This document shows positions 37,801-50,629 of a DNA stretch of 64,000 nucleotides, in pieces. The position numbers and the translations under genes were made by a program. The stretch comes from Eledone cirrhosa (lineage: Eukaryota). Numbering within the stretch: the first letter of the stretch is position 1; every line of letters begins with the position of its first letter. Under the pieces are notes generated by a model. The model was not told where the DNA came from and did not search any database. It saw nothing but the letters and a program-made list of their open reading frames with translations. Location: the NCBI GenBank assembly GCA_964016885.1, contig OZ024740.1, positions 291,710,001 to 291,774,000 on the forward strand, given 5' to 3'.

Positions 37801-40800
37801 CCCAACCCATCGTGACTGTGACAACTGAGGCACCGCAACCCATCTGTTCTGTGACAACTGAGGCACCCCAACCTATCTGCACTGTGACAACTGAGGCACT
37901 CCAACCCATCTGGACTGTGACAACTGAGCTAACCCCAACCCATCTTGACTGTGACAACTGAGGGACCCCAACCCATCTGGACTGTGACAACTGAAGCACC
38001 CCAACCCATCTGGACTGTGACAACTGAGGCACCCCAACCCATCTGGACTGTGACAACTGAGGCACCCCAACCCATCTGGACTGTGACAACTAAGGTGACC
38101 CCCAACCCATCTGGACTGTGACAACTGAGCTAACCCCAACCCATCTGGACTGTGACAACTGAGGCACCCCAACCCATCTGTTCTGTGACAACTGAGGTAC
38201 CCCAACCCATCTGGACTGTGAAAACTGAGGCACCCCAACCCATCTGGACTGTGACAACTGAGGCACCCCAACCTATCTGGACTGTGACAACTAAGGCACC
38301 CCAACCCATCTGGACTGTGACAACTGAGGCACCCCAACCTATCTGGACTGTGACAACTGAGGCACCCCAACCTATCTGGACTGTGACAACTAAGGCACCC
38401 CAACCCATCTGGACTGTGACAACTGACGTAACCCCAACCCATCTGGACTGTGACAACTGAGGCACCCCAACCTATCTGGACTGTGACAACTGAGGCACCC
38501 CAACCCATCTGCACTGTGACAACTGAGGCACCCCACCCATCTGGACTGTGACAACTGAGGTAACCCCAACCCATCTGGACTGTGACAACTGAGGTACCCC
38601 AACCCATCTGGACTGTGACAACTGAGTGACCCCAACCCATCTGTTCTGTGACAACTGAGGCACCCCAACCTATCTGCACTGTGACAACTGAGGCACTCCA
38701 ACCCATCTGAACTGTGACAACTGAGGCACTCCAACCTATCTGGACTGGGACAACTGAGGTGACCCCCAACCCATCTGGACTGTGACAACTGAGGCACCCC
38801 AACCCATCTGGACTGTGACAACTGAAGCACCCCAACCCATCTGGACTGTGACAACTGAGGCACCCCAACCTATCTGGACTGTGACAACTGAGGCACCCCA
38901 ACCCATCTGTTCTGTGACAACTGAGGTACCCCAACCCATCTGGACTGTGACAACTGAGGCACTCCAACCTATCTGGACTGGGACAACTGAGGTGACCCCC
39001 AACCCATCTGGACTGTGACAACTGAGGGACCCCAACCCATCTGGACTGTGACAACTGAAGCACCCCAACCCATCTGGACTGTGACAACTGAGGCACTCCA
39101 ACCTATCTGGACTGTGACAACTGAAGCACCCCAACCCATCTGGACTGTGACAACTGAGGCACTCCAACCTATCTGGACTGTGACAACTGAGGCACTCCAA
39201 CCTATCTGGACTGTGACAACTGAAGCACCCCAACCCATCTGGACTGTGACAACTGAGGCACTCCAACCCATCTGGACTGTGACAACTGAGGCACTCCAAC
39301 CTATCTGGACTGTGACAACTGAAGCACCCCAACCCATCTGGACTGTGACAACTGAAGCACCCCAACCCATCTGGACTGTGACAACTGAGGCACTCCAACC
39401 TATCTGGACTGTGACAACTGAGGCACCCCACCCCTCTGGACTGTGACAACTGAGGCACCCCAACCCATCTGGACTGTGACAACTGAGTGACCCCAACCCA
39501 TCTGGACTGTGACAACTGAAGCACCCCAACCCATCTGGACTGTGACAACTGAGGCACCCCAACCCATCTGGACTGTGACAACTGAGGGACCCCAACCCAT
39601 CTGGACTGTGACAACTGAGGCACCCCAATCCATCTGGACTGTGACAACTGAGGCACCCCAACCCATCTGGACTGTGACAACTGAGGCACCGCAACCCATC
39701 TGGACTGTGACAACTGAGGCACCCCAACCCATCTGGACTGTGACAACTGAGGCACCCCAACCTATCTGGACTGTGACAACTGAGGTACCCCAACCCATAT
39801 GGACTGTGACAACCGAGGCACCCCAACCTATCTGGACTGTGACAACTGAGGCACCCCAACCTATCTGGACAGTGACAACTGAGGGACCCCAACCCATCTG
39901 GACTGTGACAACTGAGGCACCCCAACCTATCTGGACTGTGACAACTGAGGTACCCCAACCCATATGGACTGTGACAACTGAGGCACCCCAACCTATCTGG
40001 ACTGTGACAACTGAGGTACCCCAACCCATCTGGACTGTGACAACTGAGGCACCCCAATCCATCTGGACTGTGACAACTGAGGCACCCCAACCTATCTGGA
40101 CTGTGACAACTGAGGTACCCCAACCCATATGGACTGTGACAACTGAGGCACCCCAACCTATCTGGACTGTGATAACTGAGGCACCCCAACCCATCTGGAC
40201 TGTGATAACTGAGGGACCCCAACCCATCTGGACTGTGACAACTGAGGCACTGCAACCCATCTGGACTGTGACAACTGAGGCACCCCAACCCATCTGGACT
40301 GTGACAACTGAGGTACCCCCAACCTATCTGGACTGTGACAACTGAGGCGCCCCAACCCATCTGGACTGTGACAACTGAGGGACCCCAACCCATCTGGACT
40401 GTGACAACTGAGGCACCCCAATCCATCTGGACTGTGACAACTGAGGTAACCCCAACCCATCTGGACTGTGACAACTGAGGCATCGCAACCCATCTGGACT
40501 GTGACAACTGAGGCACCCCAACCTATCTGCACTGTGACAACCGAGGCACTCCAACCCATCTGGGCTGTGACAACTGAGGCACCCCAACCTATCTGGACTG
40601 TGACAACTGAGGCACTCCAACCTATCTGGACTGTGACTACTGAGGCACCCCAACCCATCTGCACTGTGACTACTAAGGCACCCCACCCATCTGGACTGTG
40701 ACAACTAAGGTGACCCCCAACCCATCTGGACTGTGACAACTGAGGTAACCCCAACCTATCTGGACTGTGACAACTGAGGCACCCCAATCCATCTGGACTG

Positions 40801-43726
40801 TGACAACTGAGGCACCCCAACCCATCTGGACTGTGACAACTGAAGCACCCCAACCCATCTGGACTGTGACAACTGAGGCACTCCAACCCATCTGGACTGT
40901 GACAACTGAGGCACCCCAACCCATCTGGACTGTAACAACTGAGGCACCCCAACCCATCTGTTCTGTGACAACTGAGGCACTCCAACCCATCTGGACTGTG
41001 ACAACTGAGGCACCCCAACCCATCTGGACTGTGACAACTGAGGTAACCCCAACCTATCTGGACTGTTACAACTGAGGCACCCCAACCCATCTGGACTGTG
41101 ACAACCGAAGCACCCCAACCCATCTGGACTGTGACAACTGAGGCACCCCAACCCATCTGGACCGTGACAACTGAGGGACCCCAACCCATCTGGACTGTGA
41201 CAACTGAAGCACCCCAACCCATCTGGACTGTGACAACTGAGGCACCCCAACCCATCTGGACTGTGACAACTGAGGCACCCCAACCCATCTGGACTGTGAC
41301 AACTGAAGTACCCCAACCCATCGTGACTGTGACAACTGAGGCACCGCAACCCATCTGTTCTGTGACAACTGAGGCACCCCAACCTATCTGCACTGTGACA
41401 ACTGAGGCACTCCAACCCATCTGGACTGTGACAACTGAGCTAACCCCAACCCATCTTGACTGTGACAACTGAGGGACCCCAACCCATCTGGACTGTGACA
41501 ACTGAAGCACCCCAACCCATCTGGACTGTGACAACTGAGGCACCCCAACCCATCTGGACTGTGACAACTGAGGCACCCCAACCCATCTGGACTGTGACAA
41601 CTAAGGTGACCCCCAACCCATCTGGACTGTGACAACTGAGCTAACCCCAACCCATCTGGACTGTGACAACTGAGGCACCCCAACCCATCTGTTCTGTGAC
41701 AACTGAGGTACCCCAACCCATCTGGACTGTGAAAACTGAGGCACCCCAACCCATCTGGACTGTGACAACTGAGGCACTCCAACCTATCTGGACTGGGACA
41801 ACTGAAGTGACCCCCAACCCATCTGGACTGTGACAACTGAGGCACCCCAACCCATCTTGACTGTGACAACTGAGGCACTCCAACCTATCTGGACTGTGAT
41901 AACTGAAGCACCCCAACCCATCTGGACTGTGACAACTGAGGCACCCCAACCTATCTGGACTGTGACAACTAAGGCACCCCAACCCATCTGGACTGTGACA
42001 ACTGAGGCACCCCAACCTATCTGGACTGTGACAACTGAGGCACCCCAACCTATCTGGACTGTGACAACTAAGGCACCCCAACCCATCTGGACTGTGACAA
42101 CTGAGGTAACCCCAACCCATCTGGACTGTGACAACTGAGACACCCCAACCTATCTGGACTGTGACAACTGAGGCACCCCAACCCATCTGCACTGTGACAA
42201 CTGAGGCACCCCACCCATCTGGACTGTGACAACTGAGGTAACCCCAACCCATCTGGACTGTGACAACTGAGGTACCCCAACCCATCTGGACTGTGACAAC
42301 TGAGTGACCCCAACCCATCTGTTCTGTGACAACTGAGGCACCCCAACCTATCTGCACTGTGACAACTGAGGCACTCCAACCCATCTGAACTGTGACAACT
42401 GAGGCACTCCAACCTATCTGGACTGGGACAACTGAGGTGACCCCCAACCCATCTGGACTGTGACAACTGAGGCACCCCAACCCATCTGGACTGTGACAAC
42501 TGAAGCACCCCAACCCATCTGGACTGTGACAACTGAGGCACCCCAACCTATCTGGACTGTGACAACTGAGGCACCCCAACCCATCTGTTCTGTGACAACT
42601 GAGGTACCCCAACCCATCTGGACTGTGACAACTGAGGCACTCCAACCTATCTGGACTGGGACAACTGAGGTGACCCCCAACCCATCTGGACTGTGACAAC
42701 TGAGGGACCCCAACCCATCTGGACTGTGACAACTGAAGCACCCCAACCCATCTGGACTGTGACAACTGAGGCACTCCAACCTATCTGGACTGTGACAACT
42801 GAAGCACCCCAACCCATCTGGACTGTGACAACTGAGGCACTCCAACCTATCTGGACTGTGACAACTGAGGCACTCCAACCTATCTGGACTGTGACAACTG
42901 AAGCACCCCAACCCATCTGGACTGTGACAACTGAGGCACTCCAACCCATCTGGACTGTGACAACTGAGGCACTCCAACCTATCTGGACTGTGACAACTGA
43001 AGCACCCCAACCCATCTGGACTGTGACAACTGAAGCACCCCAACCCATCTGGACTGTGACAACTGAGGTACCCCAACCCATCTGGACTGTGACAACTGAG
43101 GCACCCCAACCCATCTGGACTGTGACAACTGAGGTACCCCACCCATCTGGACTGTGACAACTGAGGTAACCCCAACCCATCTGGACTGTGACAACTGAGG
43201 TAACCCCAACCTATCTGGACTGTGACAACTGAGGTACCCCAACCCATCTGGACTGTGACAACTGAGGGACCCCAACCCATCTGGACTGTGACAACTGAGG
43301 TACTCCAACCCATCTGGACTGTGACAACTGAGGTACCCCAAATCATCTGTTCTTTGACAACTGAGGCACCCCAACCTATCTGGACTGTGACAACTGAGGC
43401 ACCCCAACCCATCTGGACTGTGACTACTGAGGTACTCCAACCCATCTGTTCTTTGACAACTGAGGCACCCCAACCCATCTGTTCTGTGACTACTGAGGCA
43501 CCCCAACCCATCTGTTCTGTGACAACTGAGGCACCCCAACCCATCTGTTCTGTGACAACTGAAGGACCTCAACCCATCTGTTCTGTGACTACTGAGGCAC
43601 CCCAACCCATCTGTTCTGTGACAACTGAGGCACCCCAACCCATCTGTTCTGTGACAACTGAGGTAACCCCAACCCATCTGTTCTGTGACAACTGAGGTAA
43701 CCCCAACCTATCTGGACTGTGACTAC
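22897..43726 (+). repeat. 33-bp minisatellite array (GCACCCCAACCCATCTGGACTGTGACAACTGAG), about 630 units, with ~3.4-kb higher-order repeats
   Basis: Seen directly; rare variant units recur at 3412-3511 bp spacing. Confidence 0.97.
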
Positions 43727-43924
43727 ATGTTTAACATACCAGTATAGAAAACGGTCGTAAATTGAAGAAGGTGATGATGATGATGATTTATTTTAATGCA
43801 TCATCTATATATATGCTGTTGTTACCATTGTCAACTGTCTATGTATCTTAATGCTATGTATACTACTGCACTATCGTGTTTATTTCATAGTTTCATCTTA
43901 TCAAACGATACTAAAAGCCGATTC

Positions 43925-44370
43925 TGGTTCGTAGGTGTAAGGGAGATGACCTCTATTTTACTCAAAAGAAAATTAATATTTTTTTAAAAACAAAAGTGGT
44001 GGGAAAATTTAATTAAATTATATTACAATTGAATATTTAATTTACAAATTCATAGATATGTAATATATCAGGATTTATTTTAAGAACATTTTAGAACTGC
44101 ACATATCCTTGAGGCAGGTGTTATGACCCAGTGTTTGACATTCTCTGAGTCAGAGAAGTATTTGTGTTGTAGCTATCTTTAAAATTCTGAGTCCATCTAA
44201 CCTATGCTAGCATGGAAAATAGACGTTACACGATGATGATGGTGATGATGAGTGTTTGAAGTTTTTTAACCACCATTTACCATGTAAGCACCACATATAG
44301 TATTTGACATAAAATGTAAACCCTATTGTACAAAATTAGATTTAGAAATACACAAGCAGGAGTTAACTGC
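43925..44370 (+). repeat. Diverged dispersed repeat, inverted relative to 46880-47750
   Basis: GGGAGATGACCTCTATTTTACT, TTTATTTTAAGAACATTTTAGAACT and ATTTACCATGTAAG blocks have reverse-complement matches at 47710-47750, 47030-47170 and 46880-46995. Confidence 0.7.
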
Positions 44371-44639
44371 ACATTAAAATGGTCACTGTATCATTGTCAG
44401 TCTATCTATATATCTTAATGCTACTTATATATACATTCTATTGTGATTGTGTGGTTGGAGATTAAATGTGTATATACCAAAGTTATATATAAATTACATT
44501 ATATAATCATTGATTTATTGTATTACCGTTGATTTGATATGGCATAGTTATAATATATATTATATAGTATATTATATTACATATCATATAGTATATTCTA
44601 TTATATCATATATCATATTATATTATATTATATCGTATC

Positions 44640-45008
44640 TCCCGCCAAGGTTAACTTTGCCTTTCATCCTTACGGGGGTCGATAAAATAAAGTACCAGTA
44701 ATGTACTGGGATAATTACTGACCTTGTGCCAAAAGTAGAAACAATTATATTATATTATATTATATTTCACTCGTCTAACCCATGCTAGCATGAAAAAATG
44801 GATGTTAATGATGATGAAGGTGATTACAGATATATTATATCATATTATATTTCATAATATAGTATCGGTAGAGGGTCTGACGCCATGCTTTGCAGCAAAG
44901 AGTTACGGCCCTTTGTGGTCTGAGTTCTCCTTACGGGGTCGATAAAATAAAGTACCAGTAATACACTGGAATAATTGCTGGCCTTGTGCCAAAAGTTGAA
45001 ACAATTAT
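44640..45008 (+). mobile_element. Two partial SINE-A copies and RTE-type tails within (ATATT)n
   Basis: CCTTACGGGGTCGATAAAATAAAGTACCAG occurs twice. Confidence 0.8.
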
Positions 45009-45393
45009 TTTATATTACAGAATATTACATTGCATTACATTGTATTATATTATATCATAATATATTATATTATATTATATTACATTGTCTAACCCATGCT
45101 AGCATGGAAAAATAGATATTAAACAGTGATGATGATGATAGCATAGATATTACATTATATTGTATTGCATAATATTATATTACCTATATTACATAATATT
45201 ATATTATATTATTATTCATAAATTTATTGTATTCAGGCATGGACCATCTACTTGATATTTGGTCTGCCCTCCTGATATGTGGAAGGATTTGATAACTTAT
45301 TGTAGTGTCAGCTCCTGTAAGTATATAAAGAGAATTTCTATTCTGACCTTATTAATCTGTCATGCATTTCTAATACACTTTGGTAGAGCACAG

Positions 45394-45487
45394 GTGTTGG
45401 TCTCTATCCATTATACACATAACAGTGTTGGTCTCTATTCATTATACACACAACAGTGTTGGTCTCTATTCATTGTATACACAACAG
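45394..45487 (+). repeat. 31-bp tandem repeat x3
   Basis: GTGTTGGTCTCTATTCATTATACACACAACA. Confidence 0.85.
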
Positions 45488-45631
45488 CTGTTTCTCCTAT
45501 ATATAGTTGTAGTAATGTCTATACACTGTCCCCACAGATACAAACCTCATCAATATACTACGTCCTTAGCAAAACATTTTATCTGTGGATTGATTTAGCA
45601 AGTTCTTCACGTATTGTTTGTACAGAAGGCT

Positions 45632-45860
45632 TTAACTCTTTAGCATTTACATTACTTTATATTTACTATTATATTTTCACAGTAAAGGCTTTACCTCACA
45701 TAATTATCTCACATAATATCGAATCTATGAGATTTTGATGTTATGTATTTTGAGAACAATACCTTAATATAAGTATGAGTAGCCAGTTACAGCCGGTTTG
45801 AACAGAAAGAGGTGAGAGAATTCTGGCCAGATACGGCCGGTTTAAATGCTAAAAGGTTAA
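45632..45860. mobile_element. piggyBac-like MITE
   Basis: TTAA-CTCTTTAGCATTTA ... TAAATGCTAAAAGG-TTAA. Confidence 0.7.
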
Positions 45861-47299
45861 CACATGCACCACACACAGACATTCATTTATGTTCACCACT
45901 GTACTGACACACTGTCACCTCCACATCTCATAACAACAAAACACATACACATATGTACATATATATATTTATTAAAATAACAGATTAAAGTTTAAGCAAA
46001 CTTTAATCTGTTATTTTAATAAATATTTGCTCTAGGGTTCTTATATATTTGATATATTTTATCCTTATCGAGCCCTCTTAGGATTTTAGTCTTCACATTT
46101 ATTATTATTACTATATATATATATAAACATATATTTATTACAATATATATATATAAACACATATAAACATACATACAGTGTTGGTAATCTACCTGATAAA
46201 TACGCTCAGAACATGGTGTAAAGTGTTTGGTGATAGGAAGGGCATCCAGCTGTAGAAATATTGCCAAACAAAAGGGTTGGGAGGACCCTCAGTTGTGTCA
46301 AGAACATGACAAACTCTCCTGTGCACTCACAGGTCTGTCTGTGAGATCAGTGGCTCTGCTTCAGTACTGATTTGGTCTATATAGACCCATCCAACCCTTT
46401 CTAGCAGGGAAAGCGGACATTAAAATGATGATGATGATGGTACACATAAACATACATGCACATACATGCATATACATTGATATACATTTACACACATATA
46501 CATTGATAGAGTCTGGTTGGATTGATGTTCAACTTCAACCACTGTAGGTCAATGTAAACAGGAAAAGAATTGTAGAAAGTGGACATTCTGGAGGAAATAT
46601 TATAACTAGTTGTTATAACTAGTTGCTTTGGAGAATGACACATACAAAGAAGGAATGGAGATGTATCGTGAGGGGTTTGTGTCGATGTATAATGGGGCTT
46701 TGTGTAGATATTATGTGGAACCAACTAGCTCTAAGGAGCATACAAAAGCACCTAAGTGGGTTTGTGTGGATGTTGTATACAACCAACTAGCTCTAAGGAA
46801 CATATAAAAGTCTCTAGAACCCCTTATAAAAAAGGACTTAACCCTTATGATCAAAACACTAATATTTGTCAGTGATTATTTTAACCCCTACTTGTGTGGT
46901 TCGAAATCTAACTTTGTGCAGTAAGTTTACAATTAATGTTAAATACTACATACACTTACATGGTAAATAATGGATAAAAGACTTAAAACACTCATAAAAT
47001 GTTAAAAATAGCCATTATAAATGTTTCTCAAAATCAGAGAATATCAAACACCAGATCATGGTACCTGTCTCAACGATTTGTGAAGTTCTAAAATGTTCTT
47101 AAAATAAACCCTGATATGTTATATATCTATGAGTTTATAAATTAAAGATTAAAGATTCATTATTTTTCTCACCCCAAATAAACAGGTTCCGACACACATG
47201 CAATATACCTTAGGAATTAAAATGTTTTTCCATCCCCGTCCCACCCCATCCACACCGCCCACTTCAATGCAAAGTTATGTTGGTGCCACAACATCCAGG

Positions 47300-47698
47300 C
47301 CGAAACAAACGAGATCGTGTAGGTGTCACGACAAAAAAACACACAGTCCACGCTGTAATGTGATCGTGTAGGCAACACGGTAAAAACCTCCCAGTCCCAC
47401 ACTGTAAATATGGTTGGTGTTAGGAAGGGCATCCAGCTGTAGAAAACACGCCAGACAGTCCACGCTGTAATGTGGCCGTGTAGGCAACACGGTAAAAACC
47501 TCCCAGCCCCACACTGTAAATGTGGTTGGTGTTAGGAAGGGCATCCAGCTGTAGAAAACCCGCCAGACAGTCCTATGCAAGCAAGCCAACCTCTCTTGCC
47601 TCAAGTGGGAAAACCCCCGTCCAAACCCATGCAAGCGTGGAACAGGGACGTTAAACGATGATGATGATGATGATGATGATGATAATGATGATGATGAT
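47300..47698 (+). mobile_element. SINE body / RTE-type tail with a ~111-bp internal tandem duplication
   Basis: 47345-47455 is repeated at 47456-47572; (GAT)n tail. Confidence 0.8.
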
Positions 47699-47769
47699 CT
47701 CTGATACATTTACTTTTAAGTAAAATAGAGGTTATCTCCCTTATATCTGAGAACCGTTGTTAAACCTCC

Positions 47770-47982
47770 TGCTCTTGCTCGATGTGACTTGGGTCATCCT
47801 AGGTCAGCGATCCCAGAGGCATCATCATGCGTAGAGCCGATCAGGTCCACCAGTGGCCTCGATCGCTGGCGGTCCCGTTCCATCCCTTCTGCATCCTCCA
47901 AGGTGACGTCGAACTTCTGGAGATCTTCATGACATCCAGCCACTTGGTGTGAGGTCTGCTGCAAGGTCTCTTCCTGCTTGTA
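47770..47982 (-). mobile_element. RTE-type LINE 3' fragment, different family
   Basis: Minus strand RKRPCSRPHTKWLDV, like the RxRGRPxxxW motif at RTE C-termini. Confidence 0.5.
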
Positions 47983-48775
47983 GCTACTGTATCGAACATG
48001 AGTAAGGCCCTAGTAGGATGATCTGGCTGTTAAACCCAATGGGAAATTCCTCTACGTGATAGTTCGACTTGCAAGAAACAACAGATAAATTTCTCTTAAA
48101 TCCCTCCCCCCTTCCACCTATAGTCTTTACGAAAAAGGAAGAACATCGAAAAAAATGTAATCTGAAAAATAGGAAAGTCATGTTTATAGATCAATCAGAA
48201 CAGACCTTGGCAGAACAATAACAGCAACTACATACCAATATGGTTCGTGGTCATCTACATAATTGCGCATTCTGCTAGAAATAACAGCCAAACCTCCCTT
48301 CAGTCACACTCTATCATCTTAAGAAGGAAAAGAACCTTAGGTAATATAGTCCTTGAAGCACTATTAATAGGAACACTATACGAGGTTTTTTTAATAAAGG
48401 TATTTATAGATGTGTTTTTAGCCCTTCTTCTCCCACTTATTCCTAAGAGAGTCGTAGGAGCAGAATGTTCAAACACTTCTTTCTCCAGTAGGTCTTATCA
48501 GAAGCAACCATCTCCAACTGATCTGGCTGGATCACCAAGCTCATTCTTAGACTTGCCATAAAAAATTGGCACTATGTTTGACTCTCATGATTTTCTCTCT
48601 GTGTCCTAAAAAAGAGGGTTGGCCTCACTAGTTCCATCAATTTTAGCATTTCATTGCAGGCAAGTTACATTTTCTATTTTTCATAGCAAACCTTAAAATG
48701 TAAATGTAAATTTATCTTAGATCTAATATTACTTTATAAATTGTAAATATAGTTTATCTAAAATTAACATATCCA

Positions 48776-48952
48776 GAGTGGATAGGCAGTATCGGTAGAG
48801 GGTCGGACGCCATGCTTTCCAGCATAGTTACGTCACTTTACGATCTGAGTTCAAATTCCGCCGAGGTTGCCTTTCATCCTTACGGGGTCGATAAAATAAA
48901 GTACTAGTAATGCACTGGATAATTGCTGGCCTTGTGCCAAAAGTAGACACAG
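48776..48952 (+). mobile_element. SINE family A, followed by (GAG)n(AAG)n
   Basis: Copy of 12881-13070. Confidence 0.85.
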
Positions 48953-49229
48953 TTAGGAGGAGGAGGAGGAGGAGGAGAAAAAGAAGAAGAAGAAGAAGAA
49001 GAAGAAGAAGAAGAAAGGAAGGAAGAAAGCTGATACTCTAGAAAAGAACAACAATAGTTATGAAAGTAATAGACATTGTTAGCATAACTATATAGGGAAG
49101 AGTCAAATTAGATGCAGTTTGGTTTTGTACCGAGAAGGAACACCTTATTTCACAGAGTATCATTATCTGTTACCTAGTGGCCCTTCAGGGAACTATGTGT
49201 AGATGAGTGGCTTGTATAGAGATATTGTC

Positions 49230-49602
49230 AGCAAAGTCAAAATAAGCAATGTGTTGAGTGTGCATGAACAACAAAACATGGATGAGCTGAGAGAAAAACT
49301 GGGCACGGAAATGAAATGTAGTGTACAAGAGTGATTATGGTGGTATGGACATGTGATGCATACAGATGATGTTGTTTTGGATATAGAAATGCCAAGAGAT
49401 CCCAGTGGAAGGAGGCTGCAGTACAGGAAACCTGTGGAAGATCTCAGCAGAAGTAGTGAGAGCTGTTCTTAAAACATTGAACCTCATGGTGGAGATGATG
49501 AAGGAACACAATAAGTGGATGGAAGTTGTGCTGGAAAAAAGCTGACCAACCAATACAATTATGGAAAAAATGGACATAAAAGGATGATGATGGTGATGAT
49601 GT
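49230..49602 (+). mobile_element. RTE 3' fragment
   Basis: ELREKLG...WWYGHVMH, then (ATG)n tail. Confidence 0.7.
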
Positions 49603-50475
49603 AAATAGGATGGGTTTCTACTCAGTACAGGTTCTATCTAACAAATATCAAAGTACTGATCAACAGGAGACGATGGTAGAAAACAATTGCCTAAAATCCT
49701 GCATAGTGAAATCAAACCTAAAATCACATGATTACAAAATGAACTTCTTAATCCAACAATCATATACACCAAAACAATGTGTTTTTATAAACAAAATCAA
49801 AGATCACATAAACTTTATTGAAAATTTACTTCTCTCTGATAAACATGTTTTCTGTTAGTGACATAGTTCTTAGTTGAAATATAATCTTGGTGTTTATGGT
49901 GATATTCAATGTTTACATTATAATTAACTGAAGCTAACTCATTGTTAGTTTTTTTAATACTTATTTCATCACACTTGCTATTATTAAACAGCCAAAATAT
50001 ATAATCATAGTTTACCAAAGTAAAACTTATATAAAACAGTTCCATAGTAAAACTAATTGGCACGGACTTGAAAAAGCCACTGCTGATCGTGATCGTTGGC
50101 AACTACTTACTGCTTGATGTGCCAAAAGGCATGGAAGAACCTAAGACTAAGACTAAAACTATAAATCAAAACGTCATACTGTTATGTGACATGACAGGAG
50201 GCACCCAGTCCACCCCATGGAGTGATCAGGCTGGTGACAACAAAAAGTGCCCAGTCCACATTGTAAAGTGGTCGTTTTGGTGCCATGATAAAAAGCACCC
50301 AGTCCATTCTGTATATGTGGTTGGCATCCAGCCATAGAAACCAAGCCAGAAACAGTTCTGTATTAACAAGTCACGGTCATTTGATCTGACTTCTCTCTCA
50401 ATGGGATAACACACCAAGCTAGCATGGAAAATTAATGTTTAACAGTGATGATTATGATATTCAATGCAAATTCTG

Positions 50476-50629
50476 CAATTATCCCAGTGTATTACTGGTA
50501 CTTTATTTTATCGACCCCGTAAGGATGAAAGGCAAAGTCAACCTCGGCGGGATTTGAACTCAGATCGTAAAGGGACGTAACTATGCTTGAAAGCATGGCG
50601 TCCGACTCTCCACCGATACTGCCAATCCA
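50476..50629 (-). mobile_element. SINE family A abutting the CR1 tail
   Basis: Reverse copy of 12881-13070. Confidence 0.85.

Noticed and set aside
22827-43695. Array ORFs as real genes (multiheme cytochrome or mucin)
   Set aside because: Open frames follow from a 33-bp unit; frameshifts every few units, stops and Cys loss. Kept only as a low-ranked hypothesis
22897-43726. CRISPR array (33-bp repeats)
   Set aside because: Head-to-tail units with no unique spacers, no cas genes, eukaryotic context
45237-45316. Exon-like segment between TTCAG and GTAAGT
   Set aside because: Stops in all three frames; could be non-coding but unsupported
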